From positions 11,240 through 75,239 of the forward strand of contig JBBSIN010000002.1 of assembly GCA_038232055.1 (NCBI GenBank): a DNA stretch of 64,000 nt, read 5' to 3'. This DNA is from Mycobacteriales bacterium. Lineage in GTDB: Bacteria; Actinomycetota; Actinomycetes; JADGOV01. Shown here in pieces: positions 56,598-64,000 of this stretch. Numbering within the stretch: the stretch's first letter is position 1; each line of letters begins with the position of its first letter. A program made the position numbers and the translations under genes. The notes beneath the pieces were generated by a model. It was not told the origin of the DNA, did no database searches, and saw nothing but the letters and a program-made list of their open reading frames with translations.

Positions 56598-56660
56598 GCG
56601 ATGCCTGCCTTTCGTGGCCTGGGATCGAAGCGCTGCTGCGCTCGGGAAGCTCGGATGAAA

Positions 56661-57194
56661 CTAGGGAGCCGCGTTGAGGACTCGAGACGGACGTTGGGAC
56701 GTGGTGGACTGCGTGGCGCCGGTCGGCTCTACGTCGAGACCCCGATCGGTGGCGCCATCGCGGAGCATCGCGATCTCGGCCTCGAATTCAGCGAGCGAGT
56801 CGAAGGAGCGATAGACCGATGCGAAGCGCAGATAGGCCACCTCGTCCAGGCGACGCAGCGGGGCCAGCACGGCCAGCCCCACCTCGTGCGTGGACACCTC
56901 GGCGGCACCGCGTCCGCGCACCGTCTCCTCGACCTGCTGAGCCAGGACGGCGAGATGGTCGTCGTCGACAGGCCGCCCCTGGCAGGCCTTGCGAACCCCG
57001 GCCACCATCTTCGCCCGGGAGAACGGCTCCCGAACGCCGGAACGCTTGACGACGGCCAGAGACGCCGTCTCCACCGTAGTGAAACGGCGGCCGCACTCGG
57101 CGCAGGAACGGCGCCGACGGATCGCGGCACCCTCATCCGCCTCCCGGCTGTCGACGACTCGGCTGTCGGAGGAGGGACAGAACGGGCAGTGCAT
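56661..57194 (-). CDS. nrdR: transcriptional repressor NrdR
   Basis: '[17 protein letters not shown]...[17 protein letters not shown]' (Zn ribbon) plus an ATP-cone. ATG at 57194 sits behind a GGAGGG RBS. Confidence 0.95.
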   Translation of the reverse strand: MHCPFCPSSDSRVVDSREADEGAAIRRRRSCAECGRRFTTVETASLAVVKRSGVREPFSRAKMVAGVRKACQGRPVDDDHLAVLAQQVEETVRGRGAAEVSTHEVGLAVLAPLRRLDEVAYLRFASVYRSFDSLAEFEAEIAMLRDGATDRGLDVEPTGATQSTTSQRPSRVLNAAP

Positions 57195-57211
57195 CGCTTC
57201 TCCCTCCAGGA

Positions 57212-57277
57212 ACGGCTCGGGCTTGGGACGGCTCGGGCTTGGGACGGCTCGGGCTTTGGGACGGCTCGGGCTTTGGG
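57212..57277. repeat. 16/17-nt tandem repeat x4 (acggctcgggcttKggg) in the nrdR leader
   Basis: Units at 57212-27, 57228-43, 57244-60 and 57261-77, read directly. Confidence 0.85.
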
Positions 57278-57316
57278 ACGACGCTGTGGGAATCCGGTGG
57301 GAAACCTGTGGTCTCA

Positions 57317-57366
57317 TGACCACAATCTGTGGAGAACTACAGCGGTGTAACTACCAGATGTTGTGA
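57317..57366. promoter_or_regulatory. two NrdR-box-like palindromes upstream of nrdR
   Basis: tgaCcAcAatctGtgg (57317-32) and ctaCcAgATgTtGtga (57351-66), compared with the remembered consensus acaCwAtATaTwGtgt. The centre-to-centre spacing of ~34 bp is slightly larger than typical. Confidence 0.4.
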
Positions 57367-57518
57367 ACCTAGGCCGACGAGGCGCGTTGCGCAAGGGCCG
57401 GGGCAAAGACCGAGGTCAGGCGCGTGCTGTCGGCGTGTCGCAGCAACCGTCGCGATGCGTACCGCCCATATGACGAGTTGTAATCGAGGAGACGACTGGA
57501 ACCGAAGACCTCATCTCC

Positions 57519-58100
57519 TCAACGCGCGGGCACGAGAATTCGTTGCCCGGGCCGGACCGAGCTGACGTGCAGACCGTTGAGCCGCAGGATCTTCTCGATC
57601 GTCGCGCGGGGATCGGCCCCGGGCGCGGCCCGGGCGGCGATCCGCCAGAGCGTGTCGCCAGCGCCCACCACGACGGTCGCGGTCGCGGGCCGCCGGGAGA
57701 TGGCGGTCGAAGCCGTCGAGTTGCGTCCCGCGGAGAAGGCGGCGAGCAGCAGGCTCAGGGTGGCCACCACGACGAGGGCGCGTCCGCGGACCGTCAGGCG
57801 GATCGGTGTCGCGCCGGTTGCCGGGCCGGCAGTCGAACCGGCAAGCGGCCGGACCCGCTGACGGACAACGGGAAGGGCGATCGGACGCGGGGTTGGGCGC
57901 GGGGTTGGGCGCGGGGTTGGACGCGCGGATGGCGGCATCGTGAGATATCCGGGCGAGCGAGACACCGGACGCAGCCGGGGGTCGGTTCGGCCGGTTGGAA
58001 CCACTGGCGTGCTGCTTCGCCGCGCAGGACGTGCCGGCGAAGGTCGCTGCGGCACTCTGGGCAGTGCAACCGGCATCGGCAGGTCGAGCGTCGTGGTCAT
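57519..58100 (-). CDS. LysM domain protein (Rv2719c-like position between lexA and nrdR)
   Basis: Pro-rich N-terminus, a TM segment '[15 protein letters not shown]', and a C-terminal LysM '[45 protein letters not shown]'. Confidence 0.8.
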   Translation of the reverse strand: MTTTLDLPMPVALPRVPQRPSPARPARRSSTPVVPTGRTDPRLRPVSRSPGYLTMPPSARPTPRPTPRPTPRPIALPVVRQRVRPLAGSTAGPATGATPIRLTVRGRALVVVATLSLLLAAFSAGRNSTASTAISRRPATATVVVGAGDTLWRIAARAAPGADPRATIEKILRLNGLHVSSVRPGQRILVPAR

Positions 58101-58118
58101 CGGGGGCCTCCTCTGAGC

Positions 58119-58134
58119 TCGAACGTGTGTTCGA
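58119..58134. promoter_or_regulatory. LexA (SOS) box, perfect TCGAAC-N4-GTTCGA
   Basis: tcgaacgtgtgttcga matches the actinobacterial SOS box consensus. It lies between the divergent LysM and lexA genes. Confidence 0.85.
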
Positions 58135-58175
58135 CCTCCGTTCTACCACGTCGCGCCGACAATATTCCGACACGT

Positions 58176-58191
58176 TCGAACATGTGTTTGA
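58176..58191. promoter_or_regulatory. second LexA (SOS) box
   Basis: tcgaacatgtgtttga, with one mismatch in the right half-site. Confidence 0.7.
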
Positions 58192-58258
58192 ATCCGACGC
58201 AGCTCGCGGCTACCGTTGCGTCGGACGGAGATCGGAAAACGAGTACGGAGGTCAGCGG

Positions 58259-59089
58259 ATGACACGGCGGTCAGCGGACGGTGCTCCGACAAAGGGCGCG
58301 GCAGCAAAGGGCGCTGCGGGAGGACGTCGGCCCAGACCCGCCCCCGGGCAAGGTCCCGGTGCTACCGCAAGCGACGTTTCGGGCTCCGGCCTGACCGGCA
58401 CGCGTGGCGTGCGGCCGCTTCCCGACGGCCCTCCAGACGAGACCGGGCTCACGCCGCGGCAACGGCGCGTCCTCGAGGTCATCCGCGACTCGGTCGACCG
58501 ACGCGGTTACCCACCGAGCATGCGTGAGATCGGCGAGGCGGTCGGGCTCACCAGCACGAGCAGCGTCGCCCACCAGCTCGGCACCCTTCAGCGGAAGGGG
58601 TTTCTGCGTCGCGACCCCAACCGGCCCCGAGCCGTGGAGGTGATGTTGCCGGAGCGACCCCCGGCTGCCGCGGCGTCGCCGTACGACGACTCCGGGGCCG
58701 CAGACGGCCGGCCCGCGGCCGTCTTCGTACCCGTCGTCGGGCGCATCGCTGCAGGTGGACCGGTGCTGGCCGAGCAGCTGGTCGAGGACGTCTTTCCACT
58801 CCCCCGCCAGCTGGTCGGGGAGGGCACCCTCTTCCTGCTTCGTGTCACCGGCGAGTCCATGATCGAGGCGGCCATCGCCGACGGGGACTGGGTGGTCGTG
58901 CGCCAGCAGCCGGTCGCTGACAACGGCGACATCGTTGCGGCGATGATCGACGGCGAGGCGACGGTGAAGACGTTCCGGCGGCGGGACGGACGAGTATGGC
59001 TGCTGCCGGCGAACTCGGCGTACTCGCCGATTGCGGGAGAAGAGGCGACGATTCTCGGTCGGGTGACCGCGGTGCTTCGACGGATCTGA
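58259..59089 (+). CDS. lexA: LexA repressor
   Basis: '[34 protein letters not shown]', the cleavage site 'VGRIAAGGP', then 'VTGESMI' and '[13 protein letters not shown]'. ATG at 58259 sits behind a GGAGG RBS. Confidence 0.95.
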   Translation: MTRRSADGAPTKGAAAKGAAGGRRPRPAPGQGPGATASDVSGSGLTGTRGVRPLPDGPPDETGLTPRQRRVLEVIRDSVDRRGYPPSMREIGEAVGLTSTSSVAHQLGTLQRKGFLRRDPNRPRAVEVMLPERPPAAAASPYDDSGAADGRPAAVFVPVVGRIAAGGPVLAEQLVEDVFPLPRQLVGEGTLFLLRVTGESMIEAAIADGDWVVVRQQPVADNGDIVAAMIDGEATVKTFRRRDGRVWLLPANSAYSPIAGEEATILGRVTAVLRRI

Positions 59090-59095
59090 CAGCGG

Positions 59096-61651
59096 TCAGA
59101 CGGGCTGCAGCGGGCGACGGGCCGCGGGCACCGTGTCGCTGCGCAAAGCGAGCAACTCACCGAGTGCCGCCGCCGGCATCGGGCGGGAGAACAGGAAGCC
59201 CTGGCCCAGGGTGCATCCCATCGCCCGCAGCTCGGCGAGCTGTTCGCCGCGCTCGATGCCTTCGGCCACCGTCACGAGCCGCAGGGTTTTGCCCAGCGAC
59301 ACAATCGTGCGGGTCAGCTCGTTCTCCTGTGACTGCGTAGCCCCCACCTTCTCGACGAAGCTCCGGTCGATCTTCAGCACGTCGACCGGCAACCGGGAGA
59401 GGTAGGACAACGACGAGTACCCGGTACCGAAGTCGTCGATGGCGATGCTGATGCCGAGCGCCTTGAGCTGCCCGAGCAGGGCCACGATGTCGTCGGTGCG
59501 CTCGATGAGCACGCTCTCCGTCATCTCGAGCACGAGAGCGGAGGCGGGCAATCCACTGTGCGCGAGTGCGCGAGAGACCGCCTCCACCAACGCTGGTTGG
59601 AGCTGGCGACCCGAGATGTTCACCGCGACGTGGAAGACCTCGCCCGGGGCGGCGTACGACTGCCAGAGTGCGCCCTGCCGGAGGCACTCCCGCAGTACCC
59701 ACTCGCCGATGGGCACGATCAGGCCGCTGGCCTCCGCCAGGGCGACGAACTCCTCGGTCGGGACGACGCCCCGCTCCGGGTGGTACCACCTCAGCAGCGC
59801 CTCCGCGCCGATAACCCGACCCGTTCGTAGGTCGACCGTGGGCTGGTAGTGGACGGCGAACTGCCCGCGGGCGAGTGCCTGCCGTAGGTCGCCCTCGAGC
59901 GCCACCCTGGTGAGCAGGGCGTCGTGCATCGCCGGCTCGAAACGCACGTAGTCCACGTCGCCGGCGGCCTTGGCCCGGTACATCGCCAGGTCGGCGTTGC
60001 GCAGGAGGAGTTCCGCAGTGTCGGCGCCGCAGCCCGTCGACGCGATGCCGGCACTCGTGCCGACGTAGATCTCCCGGCCGTCGAGCAGGAAGGGCTGGGC
60101 AAGGACGCTCGTCACCCGCTGCGCGACGGTGACGGCGGCCGCGTCGGCGTCGACACCGGTGAGCAGTACGGCGAATTCGTCGCCCCCCAGGCGGGCCACC
60201 GTGTCCCCCGGCCGGACGCAGTGCCGGATGCGTTCCGCGACGAGGCCGAGCAACTGGTCGCCGACAGCATGCCCTTGCGCGTCGTTGACGGCCTTGAACC
60301 CGTCGAGGTCGCAGAAGACGACCACGACCGGCTCCGTGGTCCCCACCGCGCGTCGCTCGAGCGCTCGCTCCACTCGGTCGCGGAACAGCGCACGGTTTGC
60401 CAGACCGGTCAGCGAGTCGGTGAACGCCGCCGACGTAAGCTCCGCCTCGAGCCGCTTGCGTTCGGTCACGTCACGGGTGTTCAGGACCAGCCCGCGGATG
60501 TGCGGGTCGTCGACGAGCGACGCAACGATCGTCTCCGTGTCGCGCCAACTGCCGTCCGCGTGGCGCATCTGGCATTCGATGCGCTGCGTCGAGCGCGGCC
60601 GTCGCGCCAGCTCGGTGAGGGTGCCGGTCACCGTGACGGCGTCCGCCGCCTTGAGCAGCCGAGTCACCGGCGTTCCGACGACCTGGTGCGGGTCGTGCCC
60701 GAAGACCGACAACACCGAGGGGGACTGGTAGCGCACGACCCCTCTGCCGTCGACGACCGTGATCACGTCCGAGGAGTTCTGGACCAGCGAGCGGAACCAC
60801 TGCTCCTGCTGCACCAGCGCCATGGTTTGCTCCGCCACCCGAACGTCGAGGGTCGCCCGACTGCGCAGGTCGTCGGCGAGGGCGAGGGCCAGCCGGGCGA
60901 GGACGAGCAGCACGAGGACTCCGACAGCGCCGGCGGGTGTCGGGGCGGGGCGCTGCGAGGCGTGGTCCCGCAGCCCCGTTGCGACGGCCGCCGCTACCGG
61001 CACCACGGTGGCCGCTGCGGCCACCGCCGCCCGCCATGGAAGCCGGTCGGGAGCATCGCGCCGTTCGCCATCGGCCTGGGCCGCCACCACGGCGAGCAGG
61101 CCGGCCAATGGGCCGAGCGTGGGTGATCCTGTGCACGCGGCGGCCACCAGCGCGACCGCCGCGAGGGGCCAGCCGAGCCGGGCCGGGGCTCCGTTCGGGT
61201 AACCGCACCGCACCATGACGCAGATGCCGACCGCAGCCGCCAGCACTGCGACGGGCGGCAACGGCAGCGTGGTGACTGACGCGAGAACGCAGCAGCCGAT
61301 GCCCGCGAGAACCCCGTCGGCGGCGAGCCGAAGCCGAGTTCCGGTTGGCGCAGGTACAAACCCCGCCGCCAGCACAGCAACCGCGACCAAACCGGCCGCC
61401 GGTTCCGCCAGGACTGGCGCAACGGGAGCGAACGCGAGGAGCGCCACTGGCATCGACAGGCCCGCCCAGGCGACGCGGCGTACGCCGGTCGCACCACGAG
61501 CCTGCCCGAGCGTTGCAGTCAGGACTGCTACCGCGAGCGCGGTGGCCGCCACCAGCGCAGCCTTCGGCCCGGCTTGGCTGGCCAGCATGTCGAGGCCGGC
61601 CAGCGCGGCGGTGACGCCGGTGACCGTGCGGCGTCCGAGGCGCAGTCCCAC
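59096..61651 (-). CDS. membrane PAS-GGDEF-EAL protein (c-di-GMP cyclase/phosphodiesterase)
   Basis: About 8 TM helices and a PAS domain, then 'RLGGDEFAVLL', 'LVLEMTESVLI' and 'GCTLGQGFLFSRP'. Confidence 0.9.
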   Translation of the reverse strand: MGLRLGRRTVTGVTAALAGLDMLASQAGPKAALVAATALAVAVLTATLGQARGATGVRRVAWAGLSMPVALLAFAPVAPVLAEPAAGLVAVAVLAAGFVPAPTGTRLRLAADGVLAGIGCCVLASVTTLPLPPVAVLAAAVGICVMVRCGYPNGAPARLGWPLAAVALVAAACTGSPTLGPLAGLLAVVAAQADGERRDAPDRLPWRAAVAAAATVVPVAAAVATGLRDHASQRPAPTPAGAVGVLVLLVLARLALALADDLRSRATLDVRVAEQTMALVQQEQWFRSLVQNSSDVITVVDGRGVVRYQSPSVLSVFGHDPHQVVGTPVTRLLKAADAVTVTGTLTELARRPRSTQRIECQMRHADGSWRDTETIVASLVDDPHIRGLVLNTRDVTERKRLEAELTSAAFTDSLTGLANRALFRDRVERALERRAVGTTEPVVVVFCDLDGFKAVNDAQGHAVGDQLLGLVAERIRHCVRPGDTVARLGGDEFAVLLTGVDADAAAVTVAQRVTSVLAQPFLLDGREIYVGTSAGIASTGCGADTAELLLRNADLAMYRAKAAGDVDYVRFEPAMHDALLTRVALEGDLRQALARGQFAVHYQPTVDLRTGRVIGAEALLRWYHPERGVVPTEEFVALAEASGLIVPIGEWVLRECLRQGALWQSYAAPGEVFHVAVNISGRQLQPALVEAVSRALAHSGLPASALVLEMTESVLIERTDDIVALLGQLKALGISIAIDDFGTGYSSLSYLSRLPVDVLKIDRSFVEKVGATQSQENELTRTIVSLGKTLRLVTVAEGIERGEQLAELRAMGCTLGQGFLFSRPMPAAALGELLALRSDTVPAARRPLQPV

Positions 61652-61706
61652 ATCTACGAAGATCGGCGGAGCCGCGCCACCAATCGCAGGTCCATCCGGG
61701 TGAAGG

Positions 61707-62231
61707 TCAGGAGGAGACGAGCTCCTCCATCAGCGTGCGGTAATGCTGCATCGCCCGTCGCAGATCTTCCGTCGTCGCCTCCTGGCGCTCGTTGCGCAGG
61801 TAGACGTGGTGGGCAGCGCGAAAGTGGTCCAATACGCCCGCGTGGTCGACGGAGAGGTCGCCGGCCAGGCGGTCGTGGTCCTCCGTCGGGTACCCGCGCT
61901 CGGTCAGCACCTCGCTGACCAGCCGGTCGGCGTCTCTCACCGCGGTATCCGGAGCGTCGACGAAGCCTGTCTGGACGCGGGTCCAGGCGGTGAGGTAGCG
62001 CTGCCGTGCCGCCTCTGGAAGCGGGTGGACCTCGTACGACGCGCGGTGCTGCTCCCGCGCCGCCAGCTCGGCGTCCGCCTTGCGTTCGCTACCCGTTTGC
62101 GAGACGGTCCGGTCGTACTCCGGCCCGAACCGCTTGCGCAGCGCGGTGCGCCGCCGACGCGACGACGCGCTCACCGCGAAGGCGAGTGCCGCGACGAGGA
62201 TGACGAGCAGGACGACGATCAGCACCTTCAT
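61707..62231 (-). CDS. hypothetical protein with N-terminal membrane anchor
   Basis: 'MKVLIVVLLVILVAALAFAV' followed by a charged helical domain. No family recognised. Confidence 0.6.
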   Translation of the reverse strand: MKVLIVVLLVILVAALAFAVSASSRRRRTALRKRFGPEYDRTVSQTGSERKADAELAAREQHRASYEVHPLPEAARQRYLTAWTRVQTGFVDAPDTAVRDADRLVSEVLTERGYPTEDHDRLAGDLSVDHAGVLDHFRAAHHVYLRNERQEATTEDLRRAMQHYRTLMEELVSS

Positions 62232-62279
62232 GCGCGAAGCACTACCCGGAGGTCGGACCCGGCTACCGCCCGGCGGCGA

Positions 62280-63833
62280 CTACTGCGCGGCAGCGACGGC
62301 GTACGGCGTCAGGTCGGCGACCAGGGCCGCCGGCACACGTGCGTCGATCCGGGTGCCCTGCCCGGTGTGCTCCTCCACGAGCACATCGCCGTGCTCGTGC
62401 ACACGGGAGACCAAGTCGCCTCGGGTGTAGGGCAGGAGCACGCTCACTGGAAGGTGGGGCCTCGGCAGAGCGGCGGTGATGACGTCGAGCAGCTCGGGTA
62501 CGCCGGCACCGGTGAGCGCGCTGAGGAACACCGCCGTCGGCTCCCGGCGCCGCAGTGCGGCGAGCACCAGTGGGTCGGCGGCGTCGGTCTTGTTGACGAC
62601 CACGACCTCCGGCACGCCGAGCGCGTCGATCTCGCTAAGGACCTCGCGCACCGCGGCGAGCTGACTCTCCGGATCAGGGTCAGACCCATCGACGACGTGC
62701 AGAATCAAATCGGCCTGCCCGACCTCCTCCAGCGTGGAGCGAAACGCCTCGACGAGTTGGTGGGGCAGGTGACGGACGAATCCGACCGTGTCGGTGAGGG
62801 TGAAGGTCCGGCCGTCGCTCGCGGACGCCCGTCGCACGGTGGGATCCAGGGTCGCGAACAGCGCGTTCTCAACGAGGACGCCAGCCCCGGTCAGCCGGTT
62901 GAGCAGCGAGGACTTCCCGGCGTTGGTGTATCCGGCGATGGCGACGGAGGGTACGGCCGAGCGCACCCGCTCCTGCCGTTTCGTCGCCCTCGCCGTGCCC
63001 ATGCCCGCGATCTCCCGCCGGAGCTTCGCCATGCGCCCGCGAATCCGGCGTCGGTCGGTCTCGATCTTGGTTTCGCCGGGACCGCGGGTGCCGATGCCCC
63101 CGCCGCCGGCGACGCGGCCACCAGCCTGCCTGGACAGGGACTCGCCCCAGCCGCGCAGCCGGGGCAGCATGTACGTCATCTGCGCCAGCTCGACCTGTGC
63201 CTTACCTTCACGGCTGGTGGCGTGCTGAGCGAAGATGTCGAGGATCAGCGCCGTCCGGTCGATCACCTTGACCTTGACGACATTCTCGAGCTGGCGGAGC
63301 TGGCCGGGCGCAAGCTCGCCATCGCAGACGACCGTGTCGGCGCCGGTCGACGCGACGATGTCGCGCAGCTCCTTGGCCTTGCCGGAGCCCACGTACGTGG
63401 CCGGGTCCGGTGTATTGCGGCGCTGCATCAGCCCGTCGAGGACGACCGACCCGGCCGTCTCGGCCAGCGCCGCAAGCTCGGCCATGGAGTGTTCGGCGTC
63501 CAGGGCAGTGCCTTCGGTCCACACGCCGATCAGGACCACCCGCTCCAGCCGAAGCTGGCGGTACTCGACCTCGCTGACGTCGGTGAGCTCGGTCGCCAGA
63601 CCGGGTACCCGGCGCAGCGCCTGCCGGTCGGCGACGAGGTCCGAGATGGCGAAGCGGTCGTCAGCGAAGCGGTCGTCCTCGGTGTGGTCGGACTCGGTGT
63701 GGTCGGACTCGGTGTGGTGGGACTCGGTGTGGTCGGACTCGGTGTGGTCGGACATGGTCCCGTCGAGCGGGTCGGACGAGAACGTGGAGGAAGCAGCCAT
63801 CGACTGGTCAACGCGGGAAGCGGGCTCGGTCAT
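62280..63833 (-). CDS. hflX: GTPase HflX with repeat-containing N-terminal extension
   Basis: 'IAGYTNAGKSSLLNRLTG', 'TLDPTVRR', 'TDTVGFVRHLPHQLVEAF' and 'VVNKTD'. Confidence 0.9.
   Translation of the reverse strand: MTEPASRVDQSMAASSTFSSDPLDGTMSDHTESDHTESHHTESDHTESDHTEDDRFADDRFAISDLVADRQALRRVPGLATELTDVSEVEYRQLRLERVVLIGVWTEGTALDAEHSMAELAALAETAGSVVLDGLMQRRNTPDPATYVGSGKAKELRDIVASTGADTVVCDGELAPGQLRQLENVVKVKVIDRTALILDIFAQHATSREGKAQVELAQMTYMLPRLRGWGESLSRQAGGRVAGGGGIGTRGPGETKIETDRRRIRGRMAKLRREIAGMGTARATKRQERVRSAVPSVAIAGYTNAGKSSLLNRLTGAGVLVENALFATLDPTVRRASASDGRTFTLTDTVGFVRHLPHQLVEAFRSTLEEVGQADLILHVVDGSDPDPESQLAAVREVLSEIDALGVPEVVVVNKTDAADPLVLAALRRREPTAVFLSALTGAGVPELLDVITAALPRPHLPVSVLLPYTRGDLVSRVHEHGDVLVEEHTGQGTRIDARVPAALVADLTPYAVAAAQ
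63649..63755. repeat. in-frame tandem repeats in the hflX 5' region (15 nt x2, then 15 nt x5)
   Basis: gcgaagcggtcgtcN x2 (encoding DDRFA DDRFA) and ggtgtggtcggactc x5 (encoding HTESD x5), read directly. Confidence 0.85.
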
Positions 63834-64000
63834 CCCGTCGATGGTGACACGGCGGCCGGTGCTGGCGCACCATGGTTTCGGCGGTTGGTCCCGTCGCCGA
63901 TGGCGGCGTCGGGCTCAGCGTCTTTCTCGGCGTCCGCCAGCCACTGGGCACACAGCTCGCCGGCCGCGACGAGCACGGCCGGTCCGGTCAGCAGCAGCCG
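63830..64000 (-). CDS. dapF: diaminopimelate epimerase, 3' end only (by position and C-terminal motif)
   Basis: 'RLLLTGPAVLVAAGEL' is DapF-C-terminus-like. The stop overlaps the hflX ATG (ATGA). dapF-hflX order is conserved in actinobacteria. Confidence 0.55.
   Translation of the reverse strand, partial: RLLLTGPAVLVAAGELCAQWLADAEKDAEPDAAIGDGTNRRNHGAPAPAAVSPSTG

Noticed and set aside
56598-56660. A cobalamin riboswitch in front of nrdJ.
   Set aside because: Only 63 nt separate nrdR and nrdJ, and no B12-box-like sequence is present. The genes look co-transcribed.
57212-57277. Tandem repeats here and at 63681-63755, considered as possible CRISPR arrays.
   Set aside because: The units are contiguous with no spacers and are 15-17 nt long. 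No cas genes are present.

Overview
This is a very GC-rich chromosomal segment of an actinobacterium; GC was not computed. All family assignments come from motif recognition by eye, with no searches run. The long overlapping ORFs in the track are mostly high-GC artefacts, so starts were trimmed using RBS and overlap logic.

The backbone is conserved actinobacterial core. It contains liv-type ABC transporter genes, hisI, a Trp-associated membrane protein, trpC-trpB-trpA-lgt, psuG-psuK, sigA and sigB paralogues, msrA, nrdR-nrdJ, a LysM gene divergent from lexA with two SOS boxes, hflX, and the end of dapF.

Features worth a second look:
1. A tRNA with a class-I body but the Leu anticodon CAA (3614-3687).
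2. Directly after it, an operon of an MFS transporter and a PLP decarboxylase that both carry C-terminal cNMP-binding domains, plus an ABC1/UbiB kinase.
3. A ~120-nt structured repeat present twice (21.36 kb and 39.63 kb). It has a 16-codon micro-ORF and a 13-bp stem that buries an AAGGAG. I cannot assign it to a known RNA family.
4. Copy B of that repeat abuts an IS110-family element with a Zn-ribbon passenger ORF and non-coding flanks that could encode a bridge/seek RNA.
5. nrdJ is interrupted by two inteins at active-site motifs.
6. A RecQ-like RqlH helicase converges on an acVLRF1-type release-factor-like gene, next to an AT-richer decayed patch (NERD pseudogene, 50-nt palindrome, T7 terminator).
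7. At least five frameshifted or decayed genes, one of them at a G8/C8 homopolymer.
8. Many short in-frame tandem duplications.

No rRNA, CRISPR array or recognisable riboswitch was seen.
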